DNA of 64,000 bases from a virus (taxonomy: Duplodnaviria > Caudoviricetes): IMG/VR virus record IMGVR_UViG_3300026442_000101. One strand, written 5' to 3'. This document shows, piece after piece, positions 34,600-46,600 of this stretch. The position numbers were made by a program, and so were the translations under genes. Each line of letters opens with the position of its first letter. The first letter of the stretch is position 1. The notes below the pieces were generated by a model. That model did no database searches, had not been told where the DNA came from, and worked only from the letters and a program-made list of their open reading frames with translations.

Positions 34600-37500
34600 T
34601 CAGTCTTCGCCGAAATACATGTCGTAGGCTTCCTCACCCAAGTAACGGAGCAAGGTGTTCGTACTACCGATGACGAACGGGCTGGTCACGATACGGTCGA
34701 TGCAAGATTTGGCACCAAAGATCGCGTCAATGGTTTCATCACTTTCCAACGTCCGGGTATTACCGAAGAGGATCTCACCAACGGTGGACTTCATCTGGTT
34801 AGCGAACACGAGCTTATCGCCCACGCCCATTGCAACCGGGGTGGTGATGAAGACCATGATGATCGCTTGACCAGGCTCTAGGGTGTGACCGTCAATCCGC
34901 ACCGATCGTGGAACTTGACCAGTGACGTATTCCTCGCCAAGACGCTTGGCGCTGCGGCGACGGTTCTTTTCAGAAACCGCCACGATCCCTTGCAGGGATT
35001 CGGACATGTCATCGATGTCACCGTTATAGTAGACTTCGATCTTCGCGACAGTACCGACGGCTTTAGCGCGTGGAGACATGGCGGACCAGTTTCTCAGAGT
35101 CTCGCGAGTAGCGTCGTCATACAGCCCAGTGTCTGCAGTGATCGCGCCCTCGATCGTGCATAGAATTGTATCAAGGTCTACCTTATCGCCGACCTTAACC
35201 AAGTCGTGGATACCCTCACGGAAGTCCACTTGCACTGTCTTAGGCTTAGACACCATGGTCGACATCCGCTCAGCAAACTGCACTGCGAGGGAGCTCGAGT
35301 CTTCTACGGTGTACGTGGCTTCACGCAGAGCGATCTTACCAACGCAACCAGTCATGTAGTCGACACGATTCTTATCGAACACGCTAGGCTTGAAGAAACC
35401 GGAGTTGTAGGTGATTACGTCAAACTTGCTGACTTTGTCACCCTGCTTCAACATCGTAACCAGTTGGTGAGGATAGGTGGAACCCTCAGCCGTCGTATGG
35501 GTCAGACCCAACGGTAGACGAGCGACCTTACCGTTCTTATACGTAACCACGATGTGGTCATCGCCAAGTTCGGTCACTTCACCGTCGTCGTCAGCTACCG
35601 AGGCAAACGCAGAGCTCATGCGAGATGCGATGACACGCTCCATGCCGGTACGAACTGCCTGAACTTCAGCACCACTTACCGAGATACCGTGACCGTGCTG
35701 TACGTTGGTGAAGTTGACACGTTTAGGGTCGTCGCCGTCAGATGCAAAGCTCAAGAGAGCTGCAGTCGACATGATGGACGATGCACCGTCACGTTTCTCA
35801 TCGTACAGACGAACAGTGCCGCGAGCACTGGTGATGTTGGAGTTAGGCGACAGGTAAGTGATGATCGCCACGTCACCCGAGTCAACCGTACCTTCGGAGA
35901 TGAAGCCCATGTCCTCGTCAGTGAACAGACGAGTATTGGCCACCATCGCACGACGGCTTCGACCGCCACGACCACCGAACGTAATTACTTCACGCTCACG
36001 CAGGCTGTGGATCGGGTTGATGTTGTTCACAGGCGCCGAGGTCGGATCCTGCACGATCATGTTGGTCGGATCGTTCGGGTTGATCTGGATCGAAGAACGG
36101 CCGGTTGCGATACGCGCGTTGTACGAACGCATTGCCTTGGACAGAGTCTCGTAAACGATACCCGCCACCCGCTCATAACCCCGCACCCGCTCCAGGCCCT
36201 CGACGATCTTGTCCTTATCGTCACGACGGGTCTTGACCACCTTGTTCACGAGCATCTCCACTGCGCGTAGCAGAAGCTCAGTAAACACTGTCGGCTCTTT
36301 CATCCACTTGAGCAGATCTTCGGTGATCGGATCGATGAAGAAGATGTTCATCGAATCCAGTTCGGCCAGATACCGGCTGCCTGTACCGTCGTTGTTCAGA
36401 ACAGCGCCGTAGACATCCTTCTCTTCGAACAGACCGATCTCGTAATTCTTGATGATGTTCTCGTAGCGATTGAAGCCACTCATCAGCATGTTGACAAACA
36501 TGTCCCCACGCTTGAACACCAACGACTCATCCTTGAATCGAACCACGAACTCGTCAGACTGAGGATTGATCTTCTCACCAATCAGCACACGGCGAGGTTT
36601 CACCTTCAGCGTCTTGAGCAGACCTTCCAGACCCAACAGGTACGCCAGCGAGAAGCCGACCGGCAGAACCTTCGAGTAGATCTTCATCTCGGCCATCGAG
36701 GTCGGCGCTGACAGCGGATCGATTTGCAGACCGCACAGCGTTTCGATAGTACCGATGTCCTCGAGATTACCACCTTGCTCGTCCATGACGATCTGGTAGA
36801 TCATGCCGTTCGGATCCATCACCAACGCACCGACCTTCGAACGACCTACGAGCACCCACCCCTTCTTCTCGTACTTAAGCTCAGCATCGTCGAACTTCAT
36901 CTTCTCGACACGGCGCTTGTAATCGAAGTACAGGTCGAGCTTGTCGACGGTGAACGAAGTGATCTGTTCGGCCAACGTTGCGTACATCAGCGGAACATCC
37001 GCTTTGTAGTTGGTCGAGTCAGACAGCACAGCGTTGGAGATGTGCGGATCATCACGGTCCTGGCACTTAAGCACCAGTTGATCGAGGATCCAGTTGTTGT
37101 AGCTGAACTTCTTACGGCTCGAACGCTCCACCATGATCTTGGCGTAGTACGAGGACAGCGCCACACGGTCAGGCGACACCTTACGAATCGGCAAGTCCGA
37201 CCGCTGCTTACGCATGCGGTAGTTGGTACCGTTGTAGAGGAACGTGCCGTCTTCCTTGATCACAGGGATCGGGATGCGTACGGTCGAGGACACACCGACA
37301 GCTGGGGTGAATTTCACGATGTGGGTCTCACGATCGTTCACCGCGTCAGTGTAGCGGTCCACCGAATAGCCGGTGATGGAAACCGCCCCGCGCTGCATGG
37401 AGCTTACGCAACGCATGATGTCCTTCTTCAAGACCTTGGTGATGTACTGACGTTCCATCGCATCGACGCGGGACAATGCCAGCGACTTATCGAGGACCAC

Positions 37501-38931
37501 GTCGTCGTTGGTCAACTGGTCGGGCTCAATGAGCACGTCCTTGTCATCCAACTGCATCGCCTCTTCGAACGTACCTTCGCCACCGTAAGGGTTTGGCAAG
37601 GACTTGTATACGTCAGACAGACGGACCAGACGACGGTGTTCGCCAGGAGTCAGCAGACCCTTACCGGCCAGTTCATCGGCCTTCTGGATAACCGCCTCGC
37701 CTTCCTTCGCAGGAACCCCACGCTGACTGAGCGCGTCGATGTCGATGGTCTTGACGTCAATGGAATCACCATCTTCATCAACCATCTCAACATCGGCGAA
37801 CGAGTCCTTGAGCCTATCCAGTTCCTCGAGCTCTTTCTCAAGAGCCGCGAGTTCGGCATCGTCGTCAAGCAACTCTTCCGACACGAGGTTCTGGTCCTCG
37901 TCACCCACGCCAAAGTCAAGGTTATCGAGAGCAGCCTCATCGATAGTCTCAACAGTCACCTCAGGTTCGGCAACCACGGCTGCGGCCGTCTCGGTAGCGA
38001 TCGGGGAGGTGGCTTGGTGGATCAGCGTCAAAAGCTTCAGCACGCGCAGGCTGAACATCACCGGATCGAGACCCTTAGCCGCAGCCTTTTGCGCAGCCTT
38101 GAGCTCTTTCTTCTCTTCCTCGGTGAGGTTCGGATCCTTCTCGTCGAACTCGATCTTCTCGGAGCGCATGGCGTTCAGCCAGCCGAGGTTGATCACAACC
38201 CAGCCGTTCAAACGACGTACGATCAAATTGACCTTGTCGTAGTGCGCAGGATCGATGATGTTCATCAAACTGTTCTGGCGTTTCTCACCAGCCCAGATGA
38301 AGAGATCAGCCACCGCCTTGAGTTCCGGAGTACGGAACTTGGCAAGCGTATTCTGATCCTGACGGTCACGATACTCACGCAGGTTACCCAGCGCAGGCAT
38401 CACGTTCGGCAGGTTGATCTCGATGAACTGTTGACGACGAGATTCAGCACCGTACTTGTTGACGTTGCTGTATACCTCAGCCATCACGTTGCGCCACATG
38501 TACCAGCTGGCGCGGAACGACATCGGGTACTTGACCAGATGGGAGAGCATCGAGTAGTTGATCACTACAGTCGAACGATCATCGCGCTCCAGCCGGTCGA
38601 TACGGCGCAGCGGACGGAACGCCCGGTTACGACGACGCCAGTCAGTCACCATCATGTCTGCGTTGCTGAAGGTTTTCTGCGGGTTACCTACCGGATCGGT
38701 ATACCGGGTGAGGTTGTCCACGTAAACCAGCGCATTGCTGTTGAGGAAGATCTGATCCGACGCCTGCGGTCCGACAGTAACACCGTCGACCGTCACGTAA
38801 TGCAGGATCGAGAACTTCGGTAGTTGGAGACGGGCCAGCGGATAGACCACCGGCGCCGTGAAGTGAGTGTTACGGAATAGAGTGAACCGCAGTTTGTATT
38901 GCGGCAGCTGGAGCATTTCGGACATGGTCAA
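34600..38931 (-). CDS. Virion RNA polymerase beta subunit, N-terminal part (phiKZ gp178-like)
   Basis: 1443 aa; GFISEGTVDSGDVAI, DDPKRVNFTNVQHGH, EDSSSL, GVGDKLVFANQMKSTV (beta GDK motif). Confidence 0.92.
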   Translation of the reverse strand: MTMSEMLQLPQYKLRFTLFRNTHFTAPVVYPLARLQLPKFSILHYVTVDGVTVGPQASDQIFLNSNALVYVDNLTRYTDPVGNPQKTFSNADMMVTDWRRRNRAFRPLRRIDRLERDDRSTVVINYSMLSHLVKYPMSFRASWYMWRNVMAEVYSNVNKYGAESRRQQFIEINLPNVMPALGNLREYRDRQDQNTLAKFRTPELKAVADLFIWAGEKRQNSLMNIIDPAHYDKVNLIVRRLNGWVVINLGWLNAMRSEKIEFDEKDPNLTEEEKKELKAAQKAAAKGLDPVMFSLRVLKLLTLIHQATSPIATETAAAVVAEPEVTVETIDEAALDNLDFGVGDEDQNLVSEELLDDDAELAALEKELEELDRLKDSFADVEMVDEDGDSIDVKTIDIDALSQRGVPAKEGEAVIQKADELAGKGLLTPGEHRRLVRLSDVYKSLPNPYGGEGTFEEAMQLDDKDVLIEPDQLTNDDVVLDKSLALSRVDAMERQYITKVLKKDIMRCVSSMQRGAVSITGYSVDRYTDAVNDRETHIVKFTPAVGVSSTVRIPIPVIKEDGTFLYNGTNYRMRKQRSDLPIRKVSPDRVALSSYYAKIMVERSSRKKFSYNNWILDQLVLKCQDRDDPHISNAVLSDSTNYKADVPLMYATLAEQITSFTVDKLDLYFDYKRRVEKMKFDDAELKYEKKGWVLVGRSKVGALVMDPNGMIYQIVMDEQGGNLEDIGTIETLCGLQIDPLSAPTSMAEMKIYSKVLPVGFSLAYLLGLEGLLKTLKVKPRRVLIGEKINPQSDEFVVRFKDESLVFKRGDMFVNMLMSGFNRYENIIKNYEIGLFEEKDVYGAVLNNDGTGSRYLAELDSMNIFFIDPITEDLLKWMKEPTVFTELLLRAVEMLVNKVVKTRRDDKDKIVEGLERVRGYERVAGIVYETLSKAMRSYNARIATGRSSIQINPNDPTNMIVQDPTSAPVNNINPIHSLREREVITFGGRGGRSRRAMVANTRLFTDEDMGFISEGTVDSGDVAIITYLSPNSNITSARGTVRLYDEKRDGASSIMSTAALLSFASDGDDPKRVNFTNVQHGHGISVSGAEVQAVRTGMERVIASRMSSAFASVADDDGEVTELGDDHIVVTYKNGKVARLPLGLTHTTAEGSTYPHQLVTMLKQGDKVSKFDVITYNSGFFKPSVFDKNRVDYMTGCVGKIALREATYTVEDSSSLAVQFAERMSTMVSKPKTVQVDFREGIHDLVKVGDKVDLDTILCTIEGAITADTGLYDDATRETLRNWSAMSPRAKAVGTVAKIEVYYNGDIDDMSESLQGIVAVSEKNRRRSAKRLGEEYVTGQVPRSVRIDGHTLEPGQAIIMVFITTPVAMGVGDKLVFANQMKSTVGEILFGNTRTLESDETIDAIFGAKSCIDRIVTSPFVIGSTNTLLRYLGEEAYDMYFGED

Positions 38932-40564
38932 ATCGTCCCGTCAGGTTGCGGATGACAAGTTCGGAGGTGTCGTAAACAACACTTGCCCGAGGTTCGCCAG
39001 ATGGGGTTACCCACGCAGCACGGGTCTTCAGGTAATTCGCCGTTTCCTCCAGCGATTCCTTCACCATGATGGTGGTAGCAGAACCGGTGTCGCCGTCGAA
39101 GTCGGCACCCAGGCCGCCCAGCCGGGACGGGTGAGGGGATTCGGAGTCGTGGTACGTGGTCAGCCCAAACTTCGGGAATTCCACAGCCAGGAATTGATCA
39201 TCGCCTTCCACGACCTGCCAGTTCTCATCGAGCTCACGACGGATCTCACCAACAGAGGTGGACTTGACGTAGAGTCGGGATGGGTAGGTCGAGTCGTCAC
39301 CAGTAATCGGGTAACGAACGATGTCGGTGAAGTAGTTACTCCACTTGCTGTAGCCGCAGAGGTAGAGGAGCTCCATCAACGTCATCGGGTGGACGGCTTC
39401 TTTATCGAACCCAGCTGGCAGCTCAGTGATGTCGTCAAACACCTTGAACGTACCATCGCCCAGATAAACGAGGGACAGATAACAGCCCGCGATCTCGATC
39501 GGACGATGCCGCGCCTCGATGTCGGTCAGCGTGTTGATTACATCACGCAGGCCGTCTTCGGTAGTCCAGCGGTCACGCTCGTGAGGAGGTAGAGCGGTCC
39601 ACTCTTGACGCAGCGTCTTCTTGTTGACCAGCGGGACGTCACCCTCACCAGAAGTCACCACCTTAGCGAGGTAGCCGTTACGCAGCCAGTGGATAACCAA
39701 TGGAGCGACGGACACGGCAGCCTGATAGACGCCCAGCACAGAACTGTCAAAGCTCGGCACGTTAGGACTATCGAGGTGGGTGCCCGAGGTGTTCATCGAG
39801 GTCAGTACGTTACGGGTACCTTCACGGACACGGCGAGACGCCCACTTGTCTTTGAGGAAACCGTCCTTACCGCCCTGGATACCTTCGAGGTATTTGTAGA
39901 GCTGGTTGATCACGTTCTGCATCGAGTTACGCACGGAATCGTAAACCGGCGATTCCATGTCGCTGGATTTGGTGATGGTCTTACTGATTGCCAGCACCTT
40001 CCAGTAGATCTCGTTGATCTCGTGCTTGGTAGGTCGGCCATCGTCACCAACCTCAACGTCACGCAAGCCAGCAGGCATAACGACGAGGTTCTTCATGGTC
40101 CAACGATGACGCCAGCGCTCGAGGAACTTGATTCGCTCGTTACGTGCCGGAGACTTGTTGGTACGCAGGATCAACTGATCCAGATGGCGCATGAAGAACG
40201 CATAGCCACTTTCGGCATCTTCTTCAACGCTGGCAACGAAGTCGCCCAGGACCTTATCGAACTTGGCGGTCTTCGAACCTTCCAGGATGTTCTTGTAAAG
40301 CTCACGCATCCCGATCAGGTCGCGATAGACCTTAGGATGGATGATTCTGACCACGAGGTCAATCTTGCCGTAAACCTCATCGCGCTCGGGAGAACCCACC
40401 ACGCCGAAGATCCGTGTAGAGAACAGACCGTCATCGTGGAAATCAGTAGTTGCGCCTTCGAAGATGTCGAGACGATCGATCCTGGCAATATGCTTAAGAT
40501 CGGCATCCTCGGCATGCAGGATCCAGAGAAGCGCAGGTAACATGTCTGGTTGCACGACATTCAC
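38870..40564 (-). CDS. Virion RNA polymerase beta' subunit with the catalytic motif (phiKZ gp180-like)
   Basis: GADFDGD; DGLFSTRIFG; IIHP; VMPAGLRD; GTRNVLT. Confidence 0.93.
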   Translation of the reverse strand: MNVVQPDMLPALLWILHAEDADLKHIARIDRLDIFEGATTDFHDDGLFSTRIFGVVGSPERDEVYGKIDLVVRIIHPKVYRDLIGMRELYKNILEGSKTAKFDKVLGDFVASVEEDAESGYAFFMRHLDQLILRTNKSPARNERIKFLERWRHRWTMKNLVVMPAGLRDVEVGDDGRPTKHEINEIYWKVLAISKTITKSSDMESPVYDSVRNSMQNVINQLYKYLEGIQGGKDGFLKDKWASRRVREGTRNVLTSMNTSGTHLDSPNVPSFDSSVLGVYQAAVSVAPLVIHWLRNGYLAKVVTSGEGDVPLVNKKTLRQEWTALPPHERDRWTTEDGLRDVINTLTDIEARHRPIEIAGCYLSLVYLGDGTFKVFDDITELPAGFDKEAVHPMTLMELLYLCGYSKWSNYFTDIVRYPITGDDSTYPSRLYVKSTSVGEIRRELDENWQVVEGDDQFLAVEFPKFGLTTYHDSESPHPSRLGGLGADFDGDTGSATTIMVKESLEETANYLKTRAAWVTPSGEPRASVVYDTSELVIRNLTGRFDHVRNAPAAAIQTAVHSIP

Positions 40565-40618
40565 CTCGTAGGAACAAAGTTGTATGAACTAAAGGCTCCC
40601 TATATAGAGAGACTCGGT

Positions 40619-43600
40619 ATGGCCAGTAAAGACGAAGTCAACTTCGGTGATGGTGACCTCGACGATCTGGACTTTGGCGATCTGAACTTCGACTCGTCGG
40701 ACGACCCATTTGCTGAAGCCAAAGATAATCGAAAACCCATCGAACATTTTAAGGAAGCCGTTAAGCAGTCCGCTAAGAACAAGCTGACTGACACTGGTTT
40801 CCTCCGGCGCGTGCTCTCCAAAGCATTGCCGAAAGGTTACGTCCAGGCCCTGGGTGCATACGATGCGTTAGATCAAGGCATCGAGCAGATCATGAAGGAC
40901 AATCAGGCGGAATTGAATCCGTACCTGGTTGGGATGAAGCGCAAGTTCGATCTGATGAACCCGAACCTGCGTCGCCTGGTACCCCGAAGCATCCGTGAAG
41001 CTGCGGACATGGCTTCGGACAGAAGCGAATCGTCGAGCTCTCACAGCAGCCCAGACGAACTGACCATGAACATCCAGGGCCTCGATGGCCTGTTCAAGGC
41101 TCAGGCTGATGATCGCATCCGCGGTGAATTCCGCGACGCTGTAAAAGACACCCGTGACCAGAAGCGCTTCAAAGCGCAGATGTCCGTGGACATGGCAGCG
41201 GCAAAGGGTATCGGCCGTCTGGTCGGGTACCAAGACAACATCCTCATCAACTATCACCGTAAGCATCTGGAGCTGAGCTATCGTCAGCTGGATGTGAACG
41301 TGCGGATGTTGAAGGCTTCGAGTGAGTTCTACCACGAAGCTTCGGGTCTGTTGAAAGCCATCGGTAAGAACACCGGTCTGCCTGACTTTGTCAAGATGCG
41401 CACCACTGAGGTGGTCGAGCAGCAGATGAAACAGAAACTGGCACAGGCCGCGTTTGGCGGTGCAGCCGGTTATGCTCAGAAGATGTTCAAGGGCATCACG
41501 ACGAACGCTTCCGAAATGCTGGGTCAGGGCCTGGAGTTCCATTCGCAGCTTAAGTCTGCTGAGGACTTTGGTCGCACCAAGGCTCAGATGGCTGGTTCCA
41601 TCTTAGGTACGCTTGCTGGCGATCAGCTTGGTGAGTGGGGCGAAGACCTCGCTGGCCGTGGGGCTGAATACATCAAGCCGCTGCTTGAGCGTTTCGGTTT
41701 CGTAAAACAGACTGATAACTTCCTGCGTCGTAACCTGACCGGGATCCCTCAACGAATCAACGAGTGGGCGAAAAGTGACACCGACTATGATTCCAAAACC
41801 GGCCTCGCTCAAGCGAGTCTTAAGGCTCTGCTTGACACTCACAGCACTTCATCGTCCATCTCCGGTCGGAGTATTGACGAGCTCGACAAGCCTGCGCTCT
41901 TTGACGATCTGTTCCACAAAACCGTCACCGAGATCCTCCCTGCCCAACTGGCCAGCATTGACCGCTGGGTAAAGACCATTGCAACTGGCGAGGATCAGGA
42001 AGAGACCGCGTGGAGTCACTATACCGGTAGTTTGGTCAAACGTTCGACGCTGAACCAACAGCACTTGAAGATCGCGCTCAAAGGTGCAGGCTCCAGTCTC
42101 CGTTATACGGTGGACAGCATCCTCACCGAGATGGACGCTAACCAGTTGACTCCTGAGGCTCGCCGCGCATTGCGCGTTAAGCTGATGCGGGATCTGGCTG
42201 ACGCTAACGACTTCAAGCCTGAGCGGTACGTCAAAGAAGAGGTGTGGAAAAACGTAGATCCGTCGGTAGCTAAAGAGATCATTGATTTCTTCGCCGATCG
42301 GTTTGCGCTGAACCGAGAAACGGGCGAGCACAGCCGTGACGAGGAACAGACCACGTACTACAACGACGTGCGCGACAAGTTCATCGGTGCCCAGAGCGGC
42401 CTGCCGGACATCACCACCCGCATGGACATCATGTCCAAGGTAGTGGGTCGTCGTACTTGGCGTGAGCTTGGCCTGACTGACTGGGATGGTCAGGACAGTG
42501 ACCGTATCCGTCTGGATGAACTTTTCGATAAGCTGGTTAACGAGGCTGAAGAGAAGGACCTTACCAAGAAGGACGAGAAGAAGCTCAGCGCCAAGGAACG
42601 TGCCAAGAAGCGGTTCGAAGAAGAGCAGAAGAAGAAGCGTGAATCTGAAGGCGTCTATGACGTTGATGACGATCGCGACCTTCGCGGCAAGTTTGGCCCA
42701 CGTCCCGATTCGAAAGGTCCACAGCCTTACGTGTGGGCTCCGGGGATGAGTCCTCCGTCTGCTCCAGGTCCGGTTACCGTTAAGGTCACTGCTCCGGAGA
42801 TGTACAAGACTGCTGATGAGGAAACTCACAAACGTCTGGACGCTCTGATCGAACTGGCGACCGCGCTCGCGGACGGTAACGGCAAGCTCAACGAGAATAC
42901 CTTCCTTGGCGTTGAGTACCTCGACCTGATCGCATCGCTCATGCAGTCTCAAGGTCAGGGCGGCGAAGATGGTGAAGGTGGTCCTGCTCCTACCCCTGGT
43001 CCTGGTGGTTCCCGTAGGATCACTCTGGGCGGTATCTTGGGCTGGGGCGCTAAGACAGGCTACAAGGCCGCCAGAGGCGCTGCTAAAGGCTTTGCAGCGT
43101 ACACCAAGTTCGCCTACGGCACTATCTTCAAAGGCCTGAACTTCGCCCGTAAGGCTGCCTGGGGAGCTGCTAAGTTCCCGTTCAAGCGTCTCGATGGGTT
43201 TGGTGTATCCGACATCCACGTCATGGGCGAGCCTGAACCGAGCTTGCTCGCTAAGGGTATCCGTAACGGCTGGTACTTCGACGTAGCCACCAAGAAAGTC
43301 ATTCAGTCCATCGATGACATCACTGGCGAGGTCAAGGACCGTGATGGCAACATCGTCCTGACTGCGGAAGAGTTCGCCAAAGGCTTGATGAACGGCCGCG
43401 GCGAAACCATCGCTGGTCGCGCTGGACGTATCGGTGCCAAGCTGACTGGTCTTGCAGCTAAAGGCCTGGCTGGATACTTCGGGTTCACCTACGGCATGAT
43501 CTGGAAAGGCGTCAAGAAGGTAGCTGAGATTGCAGTAGATCAGTTCACCCAATTCGATGCTTACTTCCCTGGGGATGAAGAACCGCGCATCCGCAGCAAG

Positions 43601-46600
43601 CTTCTGAAGAAAGGTTATTACCGCGATAAGGATGGTGCTCCGATCACGTCCCTCAAGGACATCAAAGGACCTGTCTTTGACATCGACGGCAATGAGATCA
43701 TCAGCCAGGAAGACATCGACAAGTACAAGTCGTTCTATTCCAGAAACGGTTCGCTGTTGTTCACCATCGGTCGTGGATTTGCTCGCGTCGGTGTGGAGGC
43801 TACCAAGCTGGCGATCAAAGGCGCCCTCGCTTACGGCAAATTCGTAGGTAAGGTCTACAAGGGAATGTGGAAAGCCGCCAAGGGAGTCGGTCGCGGCATC
43901 GGTACGATGATCAACCGCCTGCGCGGTAAAGGTCTGAAAGGTCAAGTGGGTGTGTTGGAAGCCGAGATGGCTGAAGCCGCATTCGAGGTTGGTATCGAGC
44001 AGCTGAAAGTTCAGACCTCCATCTACGAACTCTTGAAACAGAAGTTCGATCCTGAGTCTGTCCACGGCGACGTGGATGGTGATGGGGTACGTGAGTACTC
44101 TTGGCAGGATATCTTGCGGCGTCGTAAGGAGAAGGCAGCCAATGCGCAGGCTAACGCCAGCACCGGCGGTCCTAACTCCGACATCGTCGACGCTGTCGAG
44201 AAGATGAACAAGGACATGAACAAGAAGCTGGACAACCTGGCCGAGGTAACCGAAGAGGCCGGTGAGAACAGCATGCTGGAAAATGCTGCTGACCTCGCAG
44301 ACATCACCGGAGGTGGTGGCGGTAAGGACGGTAAGGGAGGTAAAGGCAAGGGTCGTCCTAAGCGCGGCTTCCGTAGCGGCCGTGGTATCCGAGGCGGTAT
44401 TGGTCGGGCTGCTGGCTGGCTTGGTCGAGGCGCAATGGCTGCAGGCAGCTTCGCGGTATCCGCAGTCACTAGCCCATTGGGCTGGTTGGGCCGTGGTGCT
44501 GTAGCGGCAGCTCCCGCGTTGGCTTCTGGAGCAATGGCAGTTGGCGGTGCGGCTCTGACTGGCGCAGGTGCCATTGGTTCGGCTGCACTGTCGGCCGGCA
44601 CTGCCGCGGTGGGTGTGCTTGGTGCTCCTCTGATCCTCGGCGCTGCAGCAGTTGGCGGTGTCGCGTATCTGGGCTATCGCTACTACAAGTCGACTCAGGC
44701 CAAGAAGTTCCCGCTGCTGTATCTGCGGATGACTCAGTACGGTGTAGCGCCTACCGATAAAGATCGCGTCGAGAAGATGATCCAGCTCGAGAAGCTGTGC
44801 TCTAAAGGCGTGACTATCGGCGGTGATGGTCAGGCTTCGCTTGACCCAGAGCGTATAGACATCAACGCCTTCGTGCAACTCTTCGCTGTGAAGAACGCTG
44901 GCGATCAACAGCAGTTGATGCTCTGGCTGCAACGCCGTTTCCGTCCTGTGTTCCTCGCCCACTGCTTGGCAATGCAGAAGATCCGGAACACCACCGAGCT
45001 GTCCTCTGCCGATAGCGGTATTGGCGATGGTGACCTCGACACCTACCTGACCACGGTCGACCTGCCTAACATGCAGGAAGTCTACAACGATACCGACACT
45101 TCTCCATTCGATAGCGATCTGGACACTGACGCTGATGACGTAGCGGATGCCATCAAGATGGTCCGTGACCGCCGTGAGGTCAAGAAGAAAGATGCTGATC
45201 GCCAGCTGGCTGTTGCAGCAGCTGCGGGTAGTGCGGCAGGGGTGAAGGCGGCTACGACACTGTCTGTAGGTAAGGATGGTACCGATCCATCGTCTATCGC
45301 TAAGGGCGTGAAAGTTTCTGCGCCTATGATGGGTGGCGGTGGGGCGTATCAGCAACGTGCTGCAATGATGGCTGCCAAACAGCTGAAGTCTCTGGACATC
45401 CCGACCGCTGTGCGTTTCAAGACGTACGGTCTTAAGGAGTTCAAGCTCGACAAGTGCGAGCAGCTGCAACGGGTAGAAGAAGTTTACTGGGACCACATTG
45501 AATATAGCGGTACGGATAAGGCTCTGATCACCGGTAACACGGACGAGCTGAAAGCGAAGGTGTTTGACATCTTCAAGCCTGCCGACGATGTTCAACGTGC
45601 TGACGTGGATCGCTGGATTACCTATCGATTCATGCCTGCGTTCTTGCAATACGCAATCTCGGCTCGCCGTCGTTACAACGGCAACGCTAAAGATGCGGCA
45701 CGTAACCTCACCGGTCCGCTGATGAAGGAAGTGCTGAACGAAGTCACAGCTTCTCAAACCGAAACGCTGTTCTCCTCGAAGTCGGTCTGGACCATCGCCA
45801 ACAGCCCTTGGCCTGGCGTTGAACTGGAAACGATGTCGGGTTCGACCAAGCTGTATATCGACGCGCTCGACACTGGCGACTCTGCGAAGGTGCTTGACGT
45901 ACCTGGGCTGGAAGCTCAGAAGCGTACCGAGGCTGCTAACACGGAGTTCGGTAACCGAATGACTAACGTCGCGCTGGGTAACACTACAGCGGCGGGTGGT
46001 CAAGGCAACATCGGTAGAACCGGACCAACGCTTGCCAACTACGGTAAGATCTACGGCAGCGGTGCAATCGCAGGTGGTGTGCAAGGACAGTCCACCACGG
46101 GTCAAGGTGACGGCTCTCTGTTGATGACCGGTCCGATGGGTACTGCGGTGCAGCATCCAGGCGGCGGTACTGGCGGGGATATCAACTCTATCCCTGAACC
46201 TAAGGACAACGGCAAGGCGGCTATGATCGCCATCATTGAAGCTGCGGCTAAGATGGTGGGCTTCGATCCTAAGATCGCTGTGCAAGTTGCTGGTACCGAA
46301 TCTGGTCTGGACCCCAATGCCGATAACGGGATAGCAGCTGGTTTGTTCCAGTTCGTTAGCGGTACGTGGGCCGGGATGCTTCGTAAGTACGGTGCCATGT
46401 ACGGTATCTCGCCGATGGCTAGCCGGAAGGATCCGCGTGCGAACGCTATCCTGGGCGTCTGCTACCTCAAGGAGAACTACGACGGTCTGAAGCAGGCTCT
46501 GGGTAAAGAGGTTACTGATCTTGACCTGTACATGAGTCACTTCCTCGGCCTTGGTGGTGCTAAACGGTTCCTGTCGGCTCCTCCAGGGGATCCTGCATGG

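Noticed and set aside
36724-38823. 699-aa + strand ORF inside vRNAP beta, and similar shadows (5735..6889, 11701..12825, 13245..14528, 16634..18328, 18421..19977, 32962..34374, 55029..56255, 56099..57289)
   Set aside because: Antisense to well-supported genes, with non-protein-like composition.
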